From the IMG/VR virus record IMGVR_UViG_3300006115_000008, positions 32,001 through 96,000 of that record: a stretch of 64,000 nucleotides of DNA; one strand, written 5' to 3'. Position 1 is the stretch's first letter, and each line of letters opens with the position of its first letter. Source of the DNA: a virus. Lineage: Duplodnaviria; Caudoviricetes. The notes below the pieces were generated by a model that made no database searches, had not been told where the DNA came from, and saw only the letters and a program-made list of their open reading frames with translations. The position numbers and the translations under genes were made by a program. This document shows, piece by piece, positions 36,100-46,132 of the stretch.

Positions 36100-39000
36100 A
36101 TGGCAATATCACAAAATCAGATCGTTGACTACTTAAATAAAAAGGTTGGCTATGGCGTAGCCAAGACCGATTTATACACTGCAAAACAACCCTATAACGA
36201 GTCTATTGCTAGTCCGTTATTGGTTCCTGGAGCGTCAGTACTTCAACAAGATTTCGCAATTCCCAACGTATCAAGTGCGCCTAGTGCAAATACGGTATTA
36301 AATGGTAGTACTATTGTTTCGGTGTATAATACATCAACTAGTGCAGTAGTACAAGGAACTGCATTAAGCGAGTCAGAAACAAACGAAACTTGGAGTACTG
36401 GTATAACCAATTGGATTCCACCAAGTTTTGGATCTGGTTACCAACTTAAAATATATGCCGGACCTCCAGGAGCAACTGTTGCTCAGGTAGCAAACTTTAC
36501 AAATTTACCTGTAGCTGGATCTGGTGCTAGTGATTCTTGGTTCTTTGACTACCAAGCAGGTGTTTTAAACTTTGCTGATACAATAGTGCCAACTGCTGCC
36601 GCCAACGTTTCTAACGTTGTTTATTTTATGGGTGCAGCTTATACTGGTACTCTTGGTATTACTAACTATGCTAACCTTAGCGTAACTGGTAATTTAACCA
36701 GCGTCAATGGTAATATAGTTTTAACTAATGGTAATCTTTACGCTCAAAATTTATATGGTACATTCCAAGGTAGCTTGGGCAGTATGGTATCTGCCACTAG
36801 TGCCAACGTAGCCTCTTATGATACTGTTACCCCAGTTAGTAGTAATCAATCTTATTATTTAGAATTAGCTACTCAAGCAACTTCTGGTAATAGTATTACT
36901 GGCGTTAACTCTGCATTAAATTATAACCCTAGTACTGGCGCATTAAATGCTGGTACAGTAATAGCAAGTACTGTTAATGCTGCTACAATTGGTAACGCCG
37001 GTGCAGTATTCAGTGGTGCAAGCGAAACTTTAACTGGTACATTAATTGCTGCCACCGTAAACGCAGCAACAATTGGTAACGCTGGTGCAGTGTTCTCGGG
37101 TGCTAGCGAAACACTGACTGGTACATTAATAGCAAGTACGGTTAATGCCGCTACTATTGGTAACGCTGGTGCAGTGTTCTCGGGTGCTAGCGAAACACTG
37201 ACTGGTACATTAATAGCAAGTACGGTTAATGCCGCTACTATTGGTAACACTGGTGCTGTATTTACTGGTGCTAGTGAAACACTAAGTGGTACATTGTTCG
37301 CAAGTACAGTAAATGCAGCAACGATCGGTAATGCTGGTGCAGTATTCAGTGGTGCTAGTGAAACCCTGACAGGTACATTAATTGCGACAACATTAAATGC
37401 TGCCACAATTGGTAATACAGGTGCTGTATTTACTGGTGCAAGTGAAACACTAAGCGGTACATTGATCGCAAGTACTGTTAATGCAGCAACAATTGGTAAT
37501 GCTGGGGCAACGTTCAGTGGTGCAAGTGAAACACTAAGTGGTACGTTAATTGCAGCAACATTAAATGCTGCCACAATTGGTAATACTGGTGCTACGCTAA
37601 CTGGTACTAATGTAAATGGCGTTTATGTATTGGCTTCTACTGGATTGTCGACTGCTAATGCAGTAATAACTGGCGGTAACATTGCTGGAACTCCAATTGG
37701 TACAGGCGTAGCAAGCACTGGTGCATTTACTACATTAAGTGCTAGCGGACAAACACAAATAACCAATACTACAAACGCAACAGGATTGAGCACTGGCTCA
37801 TTCTACACACTAGGTGGTGCTGCAATTAGTCAAGACTTGTGGGTTGGTGGTACAATTTACGCTAATACACTACAAACAGTTCAAACTCAAATTTTGAGTG
37901 TTAATGAACCACTGTTATATTTGACTGGTACTAACCCTTATCCTTATAACTATGATATTGGTTTCTACTCACACTTTGTTGGTGGAGCTGCTAACTTATA
38001 CTCACATTCTGGTTTTGTTCGTAATTACCTTGATGGAGATTGGTACTTGTTCTCAAACGTACCTGAGCCATCAGGCAACGTAATTAACTTGGCTAGTACT
38101 AACTTAATATATGACGCATTAAAACTTGGCTCATTGTTGGCAATGAACACAACACCAAGTACAAGTACCACAACTGGAGCATTACAAGTTGCTGGTGGTG
38201 CTGGTATTGCTGGAGCATTAAACGTAGGCTCAACTGTTATTGCTAGTGGAAATATTGTTGCTGGTAGCGGAACTACAAGCTCAAGCACTACAACTGGCGC
38301 ATTGGTTGTTGCTGGTAGCGGTGGCGCAGGTATTGGCGGAGCACTAAACGTTGGTGGCGTTGTACAATTTACAAACGCAACTCAAAATACTGGTGCTAGT
38401 ACCGGTGCTCTGCAAGTAACTGGTGGTGCTTATATTGGTGGTAATTTATGGGTTGGTGGTAATATTAATTTGACCTCAAGCACAGTGATTAACTCACCAA
38501 CTGGACAATTTACAGGTAATGCTGCAGGCTTTGGTGCTTTATATGCAGGTATTACTGCTGGTTATGTATACCAACCACAGACAGTTATACAAGCAAGTAC
38601 AAACTTTAATGGGTATGCACAGGTTAACAACCAAAATATTAGTAGTGGCACAAGTGCAAGTACTGACTTCGTTGCTACAATGGATACCGGTACCGCCGGA
38701 ACTGGCTACATTGATATGGGTATTAATAGCTCAGGGTACAACGGAGCCACAAATGGTCAGACTCTAAGCTATGCAGGTGACGGTTACTTATATGTACAAG
38801 CAAATGCAACAGGATCACTTGGTAACTTGATGCTTGGCACTGCTGCTACAACTGGTAATATTTTCTTTGTAGCTGGTGGATTAAACACAAACAATCAAGT
38901 AATGACTATAACTACTGCTAATACAGTAGTAGTAACAAGTTCAGTTGCAGCAACAAACACCAGCAGTGGCGCATTGCAAGTACAAGGCGGTGTGGGAGTT

Positions 39001-41916
39001 ACTGGGGCAGTATATGCTGGAAGTATTCAAAATACTCCAATTGGATCAACAACTGCAAGTACTGGTAACTTTACTACATTAAATGCAACAACTTCAGTTA
39101 CAACTGCTACTTTAAATGCAGCAACAATTGGTAACGTTGGTGCAAGCGGACAATTTGGTACAATTATTGCTTCTACATTAAATGCGGCAATCATTGGTAA
39201 CACAGGCGCTACAATTACTGGTGCTAGTGCAACATTAAGCGGTACATTAATTGCAAGTACTGTTAATGCAGCAACCATTGGTAACACAGGAGCTGTATTT
39301 ACTGGTGCTAATGAGACTTTAACTGGCACATTAATTGCAAGTACTGTTAATGCAGCAACTATTGGTAATACAGGGGCTAATGGTCAATTTGGTACAATTA
39401 TTGCAAGTACTGTTAATGCAGCAACCATTGGTAATACTGGTGCCACAATTACTGGTGCTAGTGCAACACTAAGTGGCACACTAATTGCAAGTACTGTTAA
39501 TGCTGCCACAATTGGTAACGTTGGTGCTAGTGGACAATTTGGTACAATTATTGCTTCCACTCTAAATGCAGCAACCATTGGTAATACTGGTGCAACTGTA
39601 ACAGGAACAAACGTAAACGGTGTTTATGTATTGGCTTCTACTGGACTTTCAACTGCTAATGCAGTAATAACAGGTGGAAGTATTAATGGTACAACTATTG
39701 GTGCTACTAATGCAAGTACTGGTAACTTTACTACATTAAATGCAACAACTTCAGTTACAACTGCTACAGTAAATGCTGCCACAATTGGTAATACTGGCGC
39801 TAACGTAAATGGTACAGGTACATATTTGACAGCACTAACTGCTACCAACGTTAACGGTACAGTAAACACTGCCAACGTAAGTTATTATAAAGTAGTTCAA
39901 GCCGTAACCAACAACCAAACTTATTATTTGGGCTTTGCTAATGCTACAAGTGGTAATAGTACATTTAACACAACTACAACAGTTAACGTTAATCCAAGCA
40001 CTGGAACAATTTACGCAAGTGCATTTGTTGGATCAGGTGCAGGCTTAACAAACTTGTCAATTGGATCAATAACAGGTACATACCCAACAGCAAACGCTTC
40101 AATCTATACTGGAGTTACAAACAATACTAGTGGTAGTACTTTCTATCCAATACTAAGTGGACAAAGTAGCACCGGTAACGTACAAGCTCAGGTAAACGGT
40201 GGATTAAGTTATGTTCCAAATACTGGAACATTAAGTGCAACTGCATTTAGTGGAAGCGGCACTTCTTATATCCAAACACTACAAGTTAACGGAACCTTTA
40301 CTGGTTGCGGTACGGTTGCAGCAACCAGCGGTGCGTCAAGTACCAGCACCTCAACTGGTGCGCTACAAGTAACTGGTGGCGCCGGTATTACTGGTAACTT
40401 ATATGTTGGTAGTACTGGTGTATTTGGTAGTGTATTAAATTATATTCCGGCTAACGCACCAATTCAAGTTGGTTTGAACATTAATAACTACAGTCAAGTC
40501 AGTATTCAAAACGCCAATAACGGTAACAATGCAAGTTCAGACATTGCGGCAGTGGCCAATAACGGTAGCGACAACGATACTTATGTTGACATGGGTATTG
40601 TTGGCTCGGGATACAGCCAAGCTGCATACAATTTATACAACCCTAACGATGGTTACTTGATTGTTGCTGGTAACACCACAACTGGTGGCGGTAACTTGAT
40701 ATTGAATACATATCAGAAGAACGATATTATATTTGCAACAGGTGGTACAACTAAACAATTTGAAGTTGCACGTATCACAAGTGGTAACACATTGGTTGTT
40801 AAATCTACAAACACCAACTCGCTAACTGCTAATACTGGTGCGCTACAAGTTTGGGGCGGAGCAAGCATAAGCGGCAACGTTTATAATGGCGCTTCGTTAG
40901 TACAAGTTGCTGGCGCACAATTCAATACTGGTAGAGCCAGTGCTGGAACAACAGGCGCCACAAACATCAATGCATTAATAATGCAAGGTGTCAATGATTC
41001 AACACTGATTTATGCTAAACCACTAACTGCATATGACGCAGTTATTATTGGTGGTAATGGTGCAAGTACAAGTTTTGCACAAGGCGCCAAATTGGTTGTT
41101 AACAGTACTGACTCAATGATGATACCAGTTGGTACTAGTAGCCAACGTCCAGGTAGCAGCGGCGGAACTGACACGACTGGTATGTTACGATACAGTAGTA
41201 CTGTTGGATCAATTGAATGGTTTAATGGTACAAGTTGGCAAAGTGCGACAACATCGTTTACAGTTATCCAAGATCAACAGTTTACTGGAACTGGATCGCA
41301 GACGGTATTTACATTATCTAGCAGTCAGACTACTGCAAGTTGTATTGTAAGTATTAACGGTGTGGTACAAATTCCAACATTGGCTTACTCAGTATCAGGA
41401 ACATCACTGACATTTACAGAAGCTCCACAAAGCACTGATGTAATTGATGTTCGTATGTTGACAACAACAAGCACTGTGGCACAATTGTATGATACAAGTG
41501 GTTATAATACAGTTAACACAATTACTGGAACTGGTATTACATTTACAACTGGTACAAGTAGTTTACAAACTCAGTATACAATTAACACAACTGGTGCAAT
41601 TGCAAGTACTGTAGCAAACGTTACAATTGCAACGGCAAGTACACCAACTACAGTTGATAGTTTCTTTGCTAATACTTACAGTACTGCCAAGTATATATTG
41701 ACGAGTACATTGGGTAGCGTAAAAGAAGCAACTGAAGTATTGGTAATATCAAACGGTACAGTGGCAAACGTTGTAGTTTATGGTACTATTAATACAGCTG
41801 GAAACAGTTTAACAACTTGGAGTGCAGTAATGAGCGGTAATATTGTTCAGTTACAAGGTACAACAACTAACAACAGTACAGTAATTAGAATGACCAAGCA
41901 GTATAACGCAGTTTAA
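36100..41916 (+). CDS. Very long tail fibre-like protein (1938 aa)
   Basis: 28-aa 'NAATIGN' repeat blocks, 'STTTGALQVAGGAGI' repeats, shared C-terminal domains. Confidence 0.7.
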   Translation: MAISQNQIVDYLNKKVGYGVAKTDLYTAKQPYNESIASPLLVPGASVLQQDFAIPNVSSAPSANTVLNGSTIVSVYNTSTSAVVQGTALSESETNETWSTGITNWIPPSFGSGYQLKIYAGPPGATVAQVANFTNLPVAGSGASDSWFFDYQAGVLNFADTIVPTAAANVSNVVYFMGAAYTGTLGITNYANLSVTGNLTSVNGNIVLTNGNLYAQNLYGTFQGSLGSMVSATSANVASYDTVTPVSSNQSYYLELATQATSGNSITGVNSALNYNPSTGALNAGTVIASTVNAATIGNAGAVFSGASETLTGTLIAATVNAATIGNAGAVFSGASETLTGTLIASTVNAATIGNAGAVFSGASETLTGTLIASTVNAATIGNTGAVFTGASETLSGTLFASTVNAATIGNAGAVFSGASETLTGTLIATTLNAATIGNTGAVFTGASETLSGTLIASTVNAATIGNAGATFSGASETLSGTLIAATLNAATIGNTGATLTGTNVNGVYVLASTGLSTANAVITGGNIAGTPIGTGVASTGAFTTLSASGQTQITNTTNATGLSTGSFYTLGGAAISQDLWVGGTIYANTLQTVQTQILSVNEPLLYLTGTNPYPYNYDIGFYSHFVGGAANLYSHSGFVRNYLDGDWYLFSNVPEPSGNVINLASTNLIYDALKLGSLLAMNTTPSTSTTTGALQVAGGAGIAGALNVGSTVIASGNIVAGSGTTSSSTTTGALVVAGSGGAGIGGALNVGGVVQFTNATQNTGASTGALQVTGGAYIGGNLWVGGNINLTSSTVINSPTGQFTGNAAGFGALYAGITAGYVYQPQTVIQASTNFNGYAQVNNQNISSGTSASTDFVATMDTGTAGTGYIDMGINSSGYNGATNGQTLSYAGDGYLYVQANATGSLGNLMLGTAATTGNIFFVAGGLNTNNQVMTITTANTVVVTSSVAATNTSSGALQVQGGVGVTGAVYAGSIQNTPIGSTTASTGNFTTLNATTSVTTATLNAATIGNVGASGQFGTIIASTLNAAIIGNTGATITGASATLSGTLIASTVNAATIGNTGAVFTGANETLTGTLIASTVNAATIGNTGANGQFGTIIASTVNAATIGNTGATITGASATLSGTLIASTVNAATIGNVGASGQFGTIIASTLNAATIGNTGATVTGTNVNGVYVLASTGLSTANAVITGGSINGTTIGATNASTGNFTTLNATTSVTTATVNAATIGNTGANVNGTGTYLTALTATNVNGTVNTANVSYYKVVQAVTNNQTYYLGFANATSGNSTFNTTTTVNVNPSTGTIYASAFVGSGAGLTNLSIGSITGTYPTANASIYTGVTNNTSGSTFYPILSGQSSTGNVQAQVNGGLSYVPNTGTLSATAFSGSGTSYIQTLQVNGTFTGCGTVAATSGASSTSTSTGALQVTGGAGITGNLYVGSTGVFGSVLNYIPANAPIQVGLNINNYSQVSIQNANNGNNASSDIAAVANNGSDNDTYVDMGIVGSGYSQAAYNLYNPNDGYLIVAGNTTTGGGNLILNTYQKNDIIFATGGTTKQFEVARITSGNTLVVKSTNTNSLTANTGALQVWGGASISGNVYNGASLVQVAGAQFNTGRASAGTTGATNINALIMQGVNDSTLIYAKPLTAYDAVIIGGNGASTSFAQGAKLVVNSTDSMMIPVGTSSQRPGSSGGTDTTGMLRYSSTVGSIEWFNGTSWQSATTSFTVIQDQQFTGTGSQTVFTLSSSQTTASCIVSINGVVQIPTLAYSVSGTSLTFTEAPQSTDVIDVRMLTTTSTVAQLYDTSGYNTVNTITGTGITFTTGTSSLQTQYTINTTGAIASTVANVTIATASTPTTVDSFFANTYSTAKYILTSTLGSVKEATEVLVISNGTVANVVVYGTINTAGNSLTTWSAVMSGNIVQLQGTTTNNSTVIRMTKQYNAV
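36961..37600 (+). repeat. 84-bp (28-aa) coding tandem repeat, ~7.5 copies
   Basis: ASTVNAATIGNAGAVFSGASETLTGTLI units; one stretch is duplicated identically at DNA level (~37073-37248). Confidence 0.9.
39100..39800 (+). repeat. Second block of NAATIGN repeats (mixed 21- and 28-aa units)
   Basis: Alternating ...GQFGTII and ...TLSGTLI unit endings. Confidence 0.85.
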
Positions 41917-41924
41917 TAGGGATG

Positions 41925-41949
41925 GTTAGGGCAGATGGTCTGCCCTAAC
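41925..41949 (+). other. Perfect 11-bp intergenic hairpin
   Basis: GTTAGGGCAGA-TGG-TCTGCCCTAAC with no immediate U tract. Confidence 0.6.
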
Positions 41950-41992
41950 TGAGTATATTTTTCGGGGATAGTGAACCGATTAGGAAAAGAAA

Positions 41993-43561
41993 ATGGCAAA
42001 TAATAATTTTATAGTACAAAACGGATTGAACGTAGGCGGGGCAAGCGGCGCAAATATCAGCATTGATTCAGTAACTGGCTCGCTTATTTTTGCACCAGCA
42101 CCAACAACAGCTGTGCCAAATCCTACTGCGGTAGTGTTTACTCCAGGCGGTACAGTTCAATCAGTAACAACAACAGGTGGTGTCCCAACAGCAAGTGCAA
42201 TTGCAAGTGCCAATGCCGCAAGTGCAACAACACTAACCAACGGTACTGCAAACGTTACAGTCAATACCTCAAACGTTACAATTGGTGTCGGCGGAAATCA
42301 AGTTTGGACTGTGACATCCAGTGGTGTTATAGGAGCTGGATCTGCACAATTTAACAGTTTAAACGTAACAGGTACTGCTACTGCCGCAATCGTAAACGCA
42401 GCTACAATTGGTAACACTGGTGCCACATTAACTGGTACGTTAAGTACTGCAAGTCAGCCTAATGTTACTGCTGTTGGTACACTAACAGGTTTAACAGTCA
42501 GTGGTGCAACCACCGCGGCTGCAATTACAAGTAGTGGCACAATCATAGCCTCAACTCTTAATGCTGGTACAATTGGTAATTCAGGTGCAGTACTATATGG
42601 TACATTAAATAGTTCAAGTGCAAGTCAGCCAAATATTACTACATTAGCTGGTGTCACATCAATTGGTACAAGCGGTGTTACTACAACTGCAGCTGGTAAC
42701 TTTACAATTACAGGTTGTTTGACAGTTAATGGTACTACAACCACAATTAATAATACTGTTTATGAAACAACAGAATACGTGTCTACTGTTGATGCAACAA
42801 CATTACGTGCAGTTACAATTGGTAACAGTGGTGCGGTACTATACGGTACACTAAACAGTTCAAGTGCAAGCCAGCCAAATATTACTACATTAGGTGGTGT
42901 TACTTCAATTGGTGCAAGTGGTAGTACAACATTAACAGGTACATTGCAAACTGCAAGCCAGCCAAATATTACTACATTAGGTGGTGTTACTTCAATTGGT
43001 GCAAGTGGTAGTACAACATTAACAGGTACATTGCAAACTGCAAGTCAAACAAATATTACAGCAGTTGGTACCCTGGCTGGATTGACTGTGAGCGCAGCAA
43101 TTGTGCCAAATGCTAATGCTTCGGTTAACTTGGGATCAACTAGTGCTTGGTGGAATAACTTTTACGGTACTGCGGTTCATGCACTTTACGCTGACTTGGC
43201 AGAAAACTATCAAGCTGATAAATTTTATAATCCTGGTACTGTATTAATGTTTGGCGGTAGCGCAGAAGTAATGGTAGCAGACGCTGATACAACTCGCGTA
43301 GCAGGCGTAGTTTCTACAAATCCTGCAACTCTAATGAATGGCGGATTAACGGGACAATACGTGACCCCACTAGCATTAATGGGACGTGTTCCATGCCAAG
43401 TAATTGGACCTGTGCAAGCCGGGGATTTAATGGTTAGTGCTGGGTTTGGTTATGCTAAAACAAATAATAGTGCCACTGTTGGGCAAGTTATTGGTAAAGC
43501 ACTACAAGCATTTCCAGTTGCTGGAAAAGGCGTTATTGAAGTGGTAGTCGGCAGAGTTTAA
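41993..43561 (+). CDS. Tail fibre protein with C-terminal peptidase G2/chaperone-like domain
   Basis: 'ASQPNITT' repeats; C-terminal 'YADLAENY...PGTV...GVVSTNP...ALMGRVPC.V.GPV..GDLMVS...VIGKAL...GVIEVVVG'. Confidence 0.7.
   Translation: MANNNFIVQNGLNVGGASGANISIDSVTGSLIFAPAPTTAVPNPTAVVFTPGGTVQSVTTTGGVPTASAIASANAASATTLTNGTANVTVNTSNVTIGVGGNQVWTVTSSGVIGAGSAQFNSLNVTGTATAAIVNAATIGNTGATLTGTLSTASQPNVTAVGTLTGLTVSGATTAAAITSSGTIIASTLNAGTIGNSGAVLYGTLNSSSASQPNITTLAGVTSIGTSGVTTTAAGNFTITGCLTVNGTTTTINNTVYETTEYVSTVDATTLRAVTIGNSGAVLYGTLNSSSASQPNITTLGGVTSIGASGSTTLTGTLQTASQPNITTLGGVTSIGASGSTTLTGTLQTASQTNITAVGTLAGLTVSAAIVPNANASVNLGSTSAWWNNFYGTAVHALYADLAENYQADKFYNPGTVLMFGGSAEVMVADADTTRVAGVVSTNPATLMNGGLTGQYVTPLALMGRVPCQVIGPVQAGDLMVSAGFGYAKTNNSATVGQVIGKALQAFPVAGKGVIEVVVGRV
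42866..43045 (+). repeat. 87-bp (29-aa) tandem duplication
   Basis: ASQPNITTLGGVTSIGASGSTTLTGTLQT twice, identical DNA. Confidence 0.85.
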
Positions 43562-43582
43562 CCAATTTCTAACCCCAAAAAC

Positions 43583-43608
43583 AGGGCCTTAGGGCCCTTT
43601 TGTTTTTT
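43583..43608 (+). terminator. Rho-independent terminator
   Basis: AGGGCC-TTAG-GGCCCT-TTTGTTTTTT. Confidence 0.8.
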
Positions 43609-43637
43609 GCTAAATATAGAATAAGACGGATAAAATA

Positions 43638-44921
43638 ATGGCTTTAACTCGCCCACTAGTTAATAATTTAAGCACAAACATTGAAGTTTTCAATGAATCA
43701 ATGACAGTATTGAATGCTGGAGCATCAAGTCCAAATGTTGATGTTGGATTCATATTTAATCGTGCTCATGGCCTAGTAGCCAATACCGCAATGTATTGGA
43801 GCGAGAGTCTACAAAGTTTTGTTTATGCTTTTACTAACAATGCTGGAGTAACGGCTAGTAATATCTCTATATCAAATTATGCCAATGTACAACTTGGAAA
43901 TGTATTATTTGTCAATGGCGCTGGACTTTACATAAATGGTACCTTGGGCTCTCCTGGATCGGTACTAGGATCCAATGGTACAAGTTTAGCCTGGGTCGCA
44001 GGCGGTGGATTCACTGGTGGCACTATAACAAACCAGCTGATAGTTAGTAATACCACCGCAACAACTTCAACTACTACGGGCGCATTACAAGTAGCAGGTG
44101 GGGCTGGTATTGCTGGCAATTTGTATGTTGGTGGTAATGTACAAGTTGCTGGAGCGTTTATAGGCAATGTAACACTTGGTACAGTTCCAAGTAGTCCAAA
44201 TAATTTATATACTGTAGCCCCATTAAATTTAATCAATAGCCAGTCAGCTACACTAAAAACACAACTTAATTTAATTAATACTGGTGGTAGCGGTGGCGCT
44301 GGATCTGCTATTGATTTTTACACATACACTGGTGTAGGTAACGGAATACCGGGTGCAAGATTTGGTGCAATTGATGATAATAACTACGGAGCCACTTTCC
44401 AATGGTTTATTAAAGCAGACGGTAACAATGGCAATAACAATCTCCAATCAGTACTAAGTGTAAATCAATTAGGCAATGTAGTCATACCAGGTACTACGAC
44501 GTCAAGTTCAACCACTACAGGTGCATTAGTAGTAGCCGGCGGTGCAGGAGTTGCTGGCAATTTGAATGTTGGCGGCAATATTACCCGTGGAACGTCTGCT
44601 GTTACTGATATTGCAAATACCATTACTAGTGTTGGTACTGGTGCAACTGCAATTGATACATTTGCTAATACAACAATTCGTGTAGCAAAATACATAATAT
44701 CAGCTCAAGATACTATTACATCACAAAGCCAAGCGGCCGAAGTGCTATTAGCACAAGACGGGGCAAACGTTAACGTAGTTACATACGGTATAATATACAC
44801 CGGTACAAGCCAGAGAATGACCTTTTCTGCAAATATGAGCGCAGGCACAATAACCCTTTGGGCAACGGGAACTAGTTCAAACAATACTGTAAAATTGTCT
44901 AGAACTGCCATACCAATGTAA
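43638..44921 (+). CDS. Tail fibre-like structural protein
   Basis: 'STTTGALQVAGGAGIAGNL' repeats and shared C-terminal 'IDTF...AKYIIS' domain; TAAATA at 43611. Confidence 0.65.
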   Translation: MALTRPLVNNLSTNIEVFNESMTVLNAGASSPNVDVGFIFNRAHGLVANTAMYWSESLQSFVYAFTNNAGVTASNISISNYANVQLGNVLFVNGAGLYINGTLGSPGSVLGSNGTSLAWVAGGGFTGGTITNQLIVSNTTATTSTTTGALQVAGGAGIAGNLYVGGNVQVAGAFIGNVTLGTVPSSPNNLYTVAPLNLINSQSATLKTQLNLINTGGSGGAGSAIDFYTYTGVGNGIPGARFGAIDDNNYGATFQWFIKADGNNGNNNLQSVLSVNQLGNVVIPGTTTSSSTTTGALVVAGGAGVAGNLNVGGNITRGTSAVTDIANTITSVGTGATAIDTFANTTIRVAKYIISAQDTITSQSQAAEVLLAQDGANVNVVTYGIIYTGTSQRMTFSANMSAGTITLWATGTSSNNTVKLSRTAIPM

Positions 44922-44953
44922 ATTGCATAAATACACTGTAACAGGAATCTCAA

Positions 44954-45706
44954 ATGCAACAACTTAAAAAACTTTACAGAAGCAGCTACTCTGGCGAAAG
45001 CGTGGTTAAAAATCTTGTCTATAAAGATGTCTCTTGGACACCAGAATTAGAATCAGTGCCAAATAGTGTTTTCAATACACATACTACCACACAAGCCGCG
45101 GTAATTGGCAATGGTGAAAGTAGAGCTACAATGGATTTAAATTTAGTTGTAAATCATGTCTCTGGAATTGGCGGTGTGAATAGTTTACAAACTTATGGGT
45201 GTAATGCATTGTATCGCGAGCATTCTCCAGATTTTTTAGTTGCAGTTGGGGACGAAATTATTGAGGAAATAGCCGCTTCTGATTATTGCAACAATAATAT
45301 TGTTTATGCTAATGCAGATGCATTATTAGACTACCCTGGTAAATTTTATCTAATACCACAAAATTTATATTTTGATGCAGGAGCAGTTGCTGCATATATG
45401 GCTTGTTTTGATGGACACAAAAAAGTATTCCTATTAGGCTTTGACAGTTACGATCAGGATGGTCCATACAACAACATATACAAAGGTACCAATGCGTACC
45501 AATTAACAGATAAAGTTCATTCTAATGTGTATTTTACAAATTCATTACATGCAGTAATGACCACTTACAATGATGTAGAATTTGTGCGAGTGATGCCAAA
45601 TAGTACTTGGTGGGCACATGACCGTCATATTAGCTTGCCTAATTTTAGACAAATCGAGTATACTGATTTTGTACTAGAAGCAGATCTTGGCTTGTTGTCT
45701 GCTTAA
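44954..45706 (+). CDS. Maf/MptE-like nucleotide-binding or glycosyltransferase-like protein
   Basis: 'VIGNGESR', 'TYGCNALYR..PDFLV', 'KKVFLLGFD'; TAAATA at 44928. Confidence 0.55.
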   Translation: MQQLKKLYRSSYSGESVVKNLVYKDVSWTPELESVPNSVFNTHTTTQAAVIGNGESRATMDLNLVVNHVSGIGGVNSLQTYGCNALYREHSPDFLVAVGDEIIEEIAASDYCNNNIVYANADALLDYPGKFYLIPQNLYFDAGAVAAYMACFDGHKKVFLLGFDSYDQDGPYNNIYKGTNAYQLTDKVHSNVYFTNSLHAVMTTYNDVEFVRVMPNSTWWAHDRHISLPNFRQIEYTDFVLEADLGLLSA

Positions 45707-46131
45707 TTTAATATATTTTCTAGCGTTTTAATTTTTTTACGCACAATATCAAAACTAAAACTACGCCAAAGTCCTGGATGTAAGGGCTTGGGATAATCAT
45801 CTAGTTCTACCCAACAATACCCTCTATGTTCCTCGTTGAGTGAGGGAACAAATTCTGTGTCAACACTAACAAGAAAAGTATAGTAAACAAATTTTCTATT
45901 GTCTGCGGTAAATGTTTCTAAGGGAATAAATTTTTGAGCAGTATAGTCGACACCAATTTCTTCGCGGATTTCTCGAATTAGGCCCTGCATTACAGTTTCG
46001 CCAGCATCTACTTTACCGCCCACAATGCCCCAGCTACCACTGTGTTTGCTTTTATTGCGTAGCAAGAACAAATAACGATTGGTTTTTTTAGCGTAAATTA
46101 ATGCGCCACATCCCTCTAAGTGCTCGGTCAT
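45703..46131 (-). CDS. Nudix hydrolase
   Basis: Nudix box GGKVDAGETVMQGLIREIREEIG; probable start ATG 46131, just after the gp15 stop. Confidence 0.88.
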   Translation of the reverse strand: MTEHLEGCGALIYAKKTNRYLFLLRNKSKHSGSWGIVGGKVDAGETVMQGLIREIREEIGVDYTAQKFIPLETFTADNRKFVYYTFLVSVDTEFVPSLNEEHRGYCWVELDDYPKPLHPGLWRSFSFDIVRKKIKTLENILN

Positions 46132-46132
46132 A

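Noticed and set aside
36921-39875. Repeat blocks as a CRISPR array, and the long antisense ORFs over them
   Set aside because: Units are in-frame multiples of 3 with synonymous variation and no unique spacers. The antisense ORFs are shadows of the Thr/Gly/Ala/Asn codon bias.
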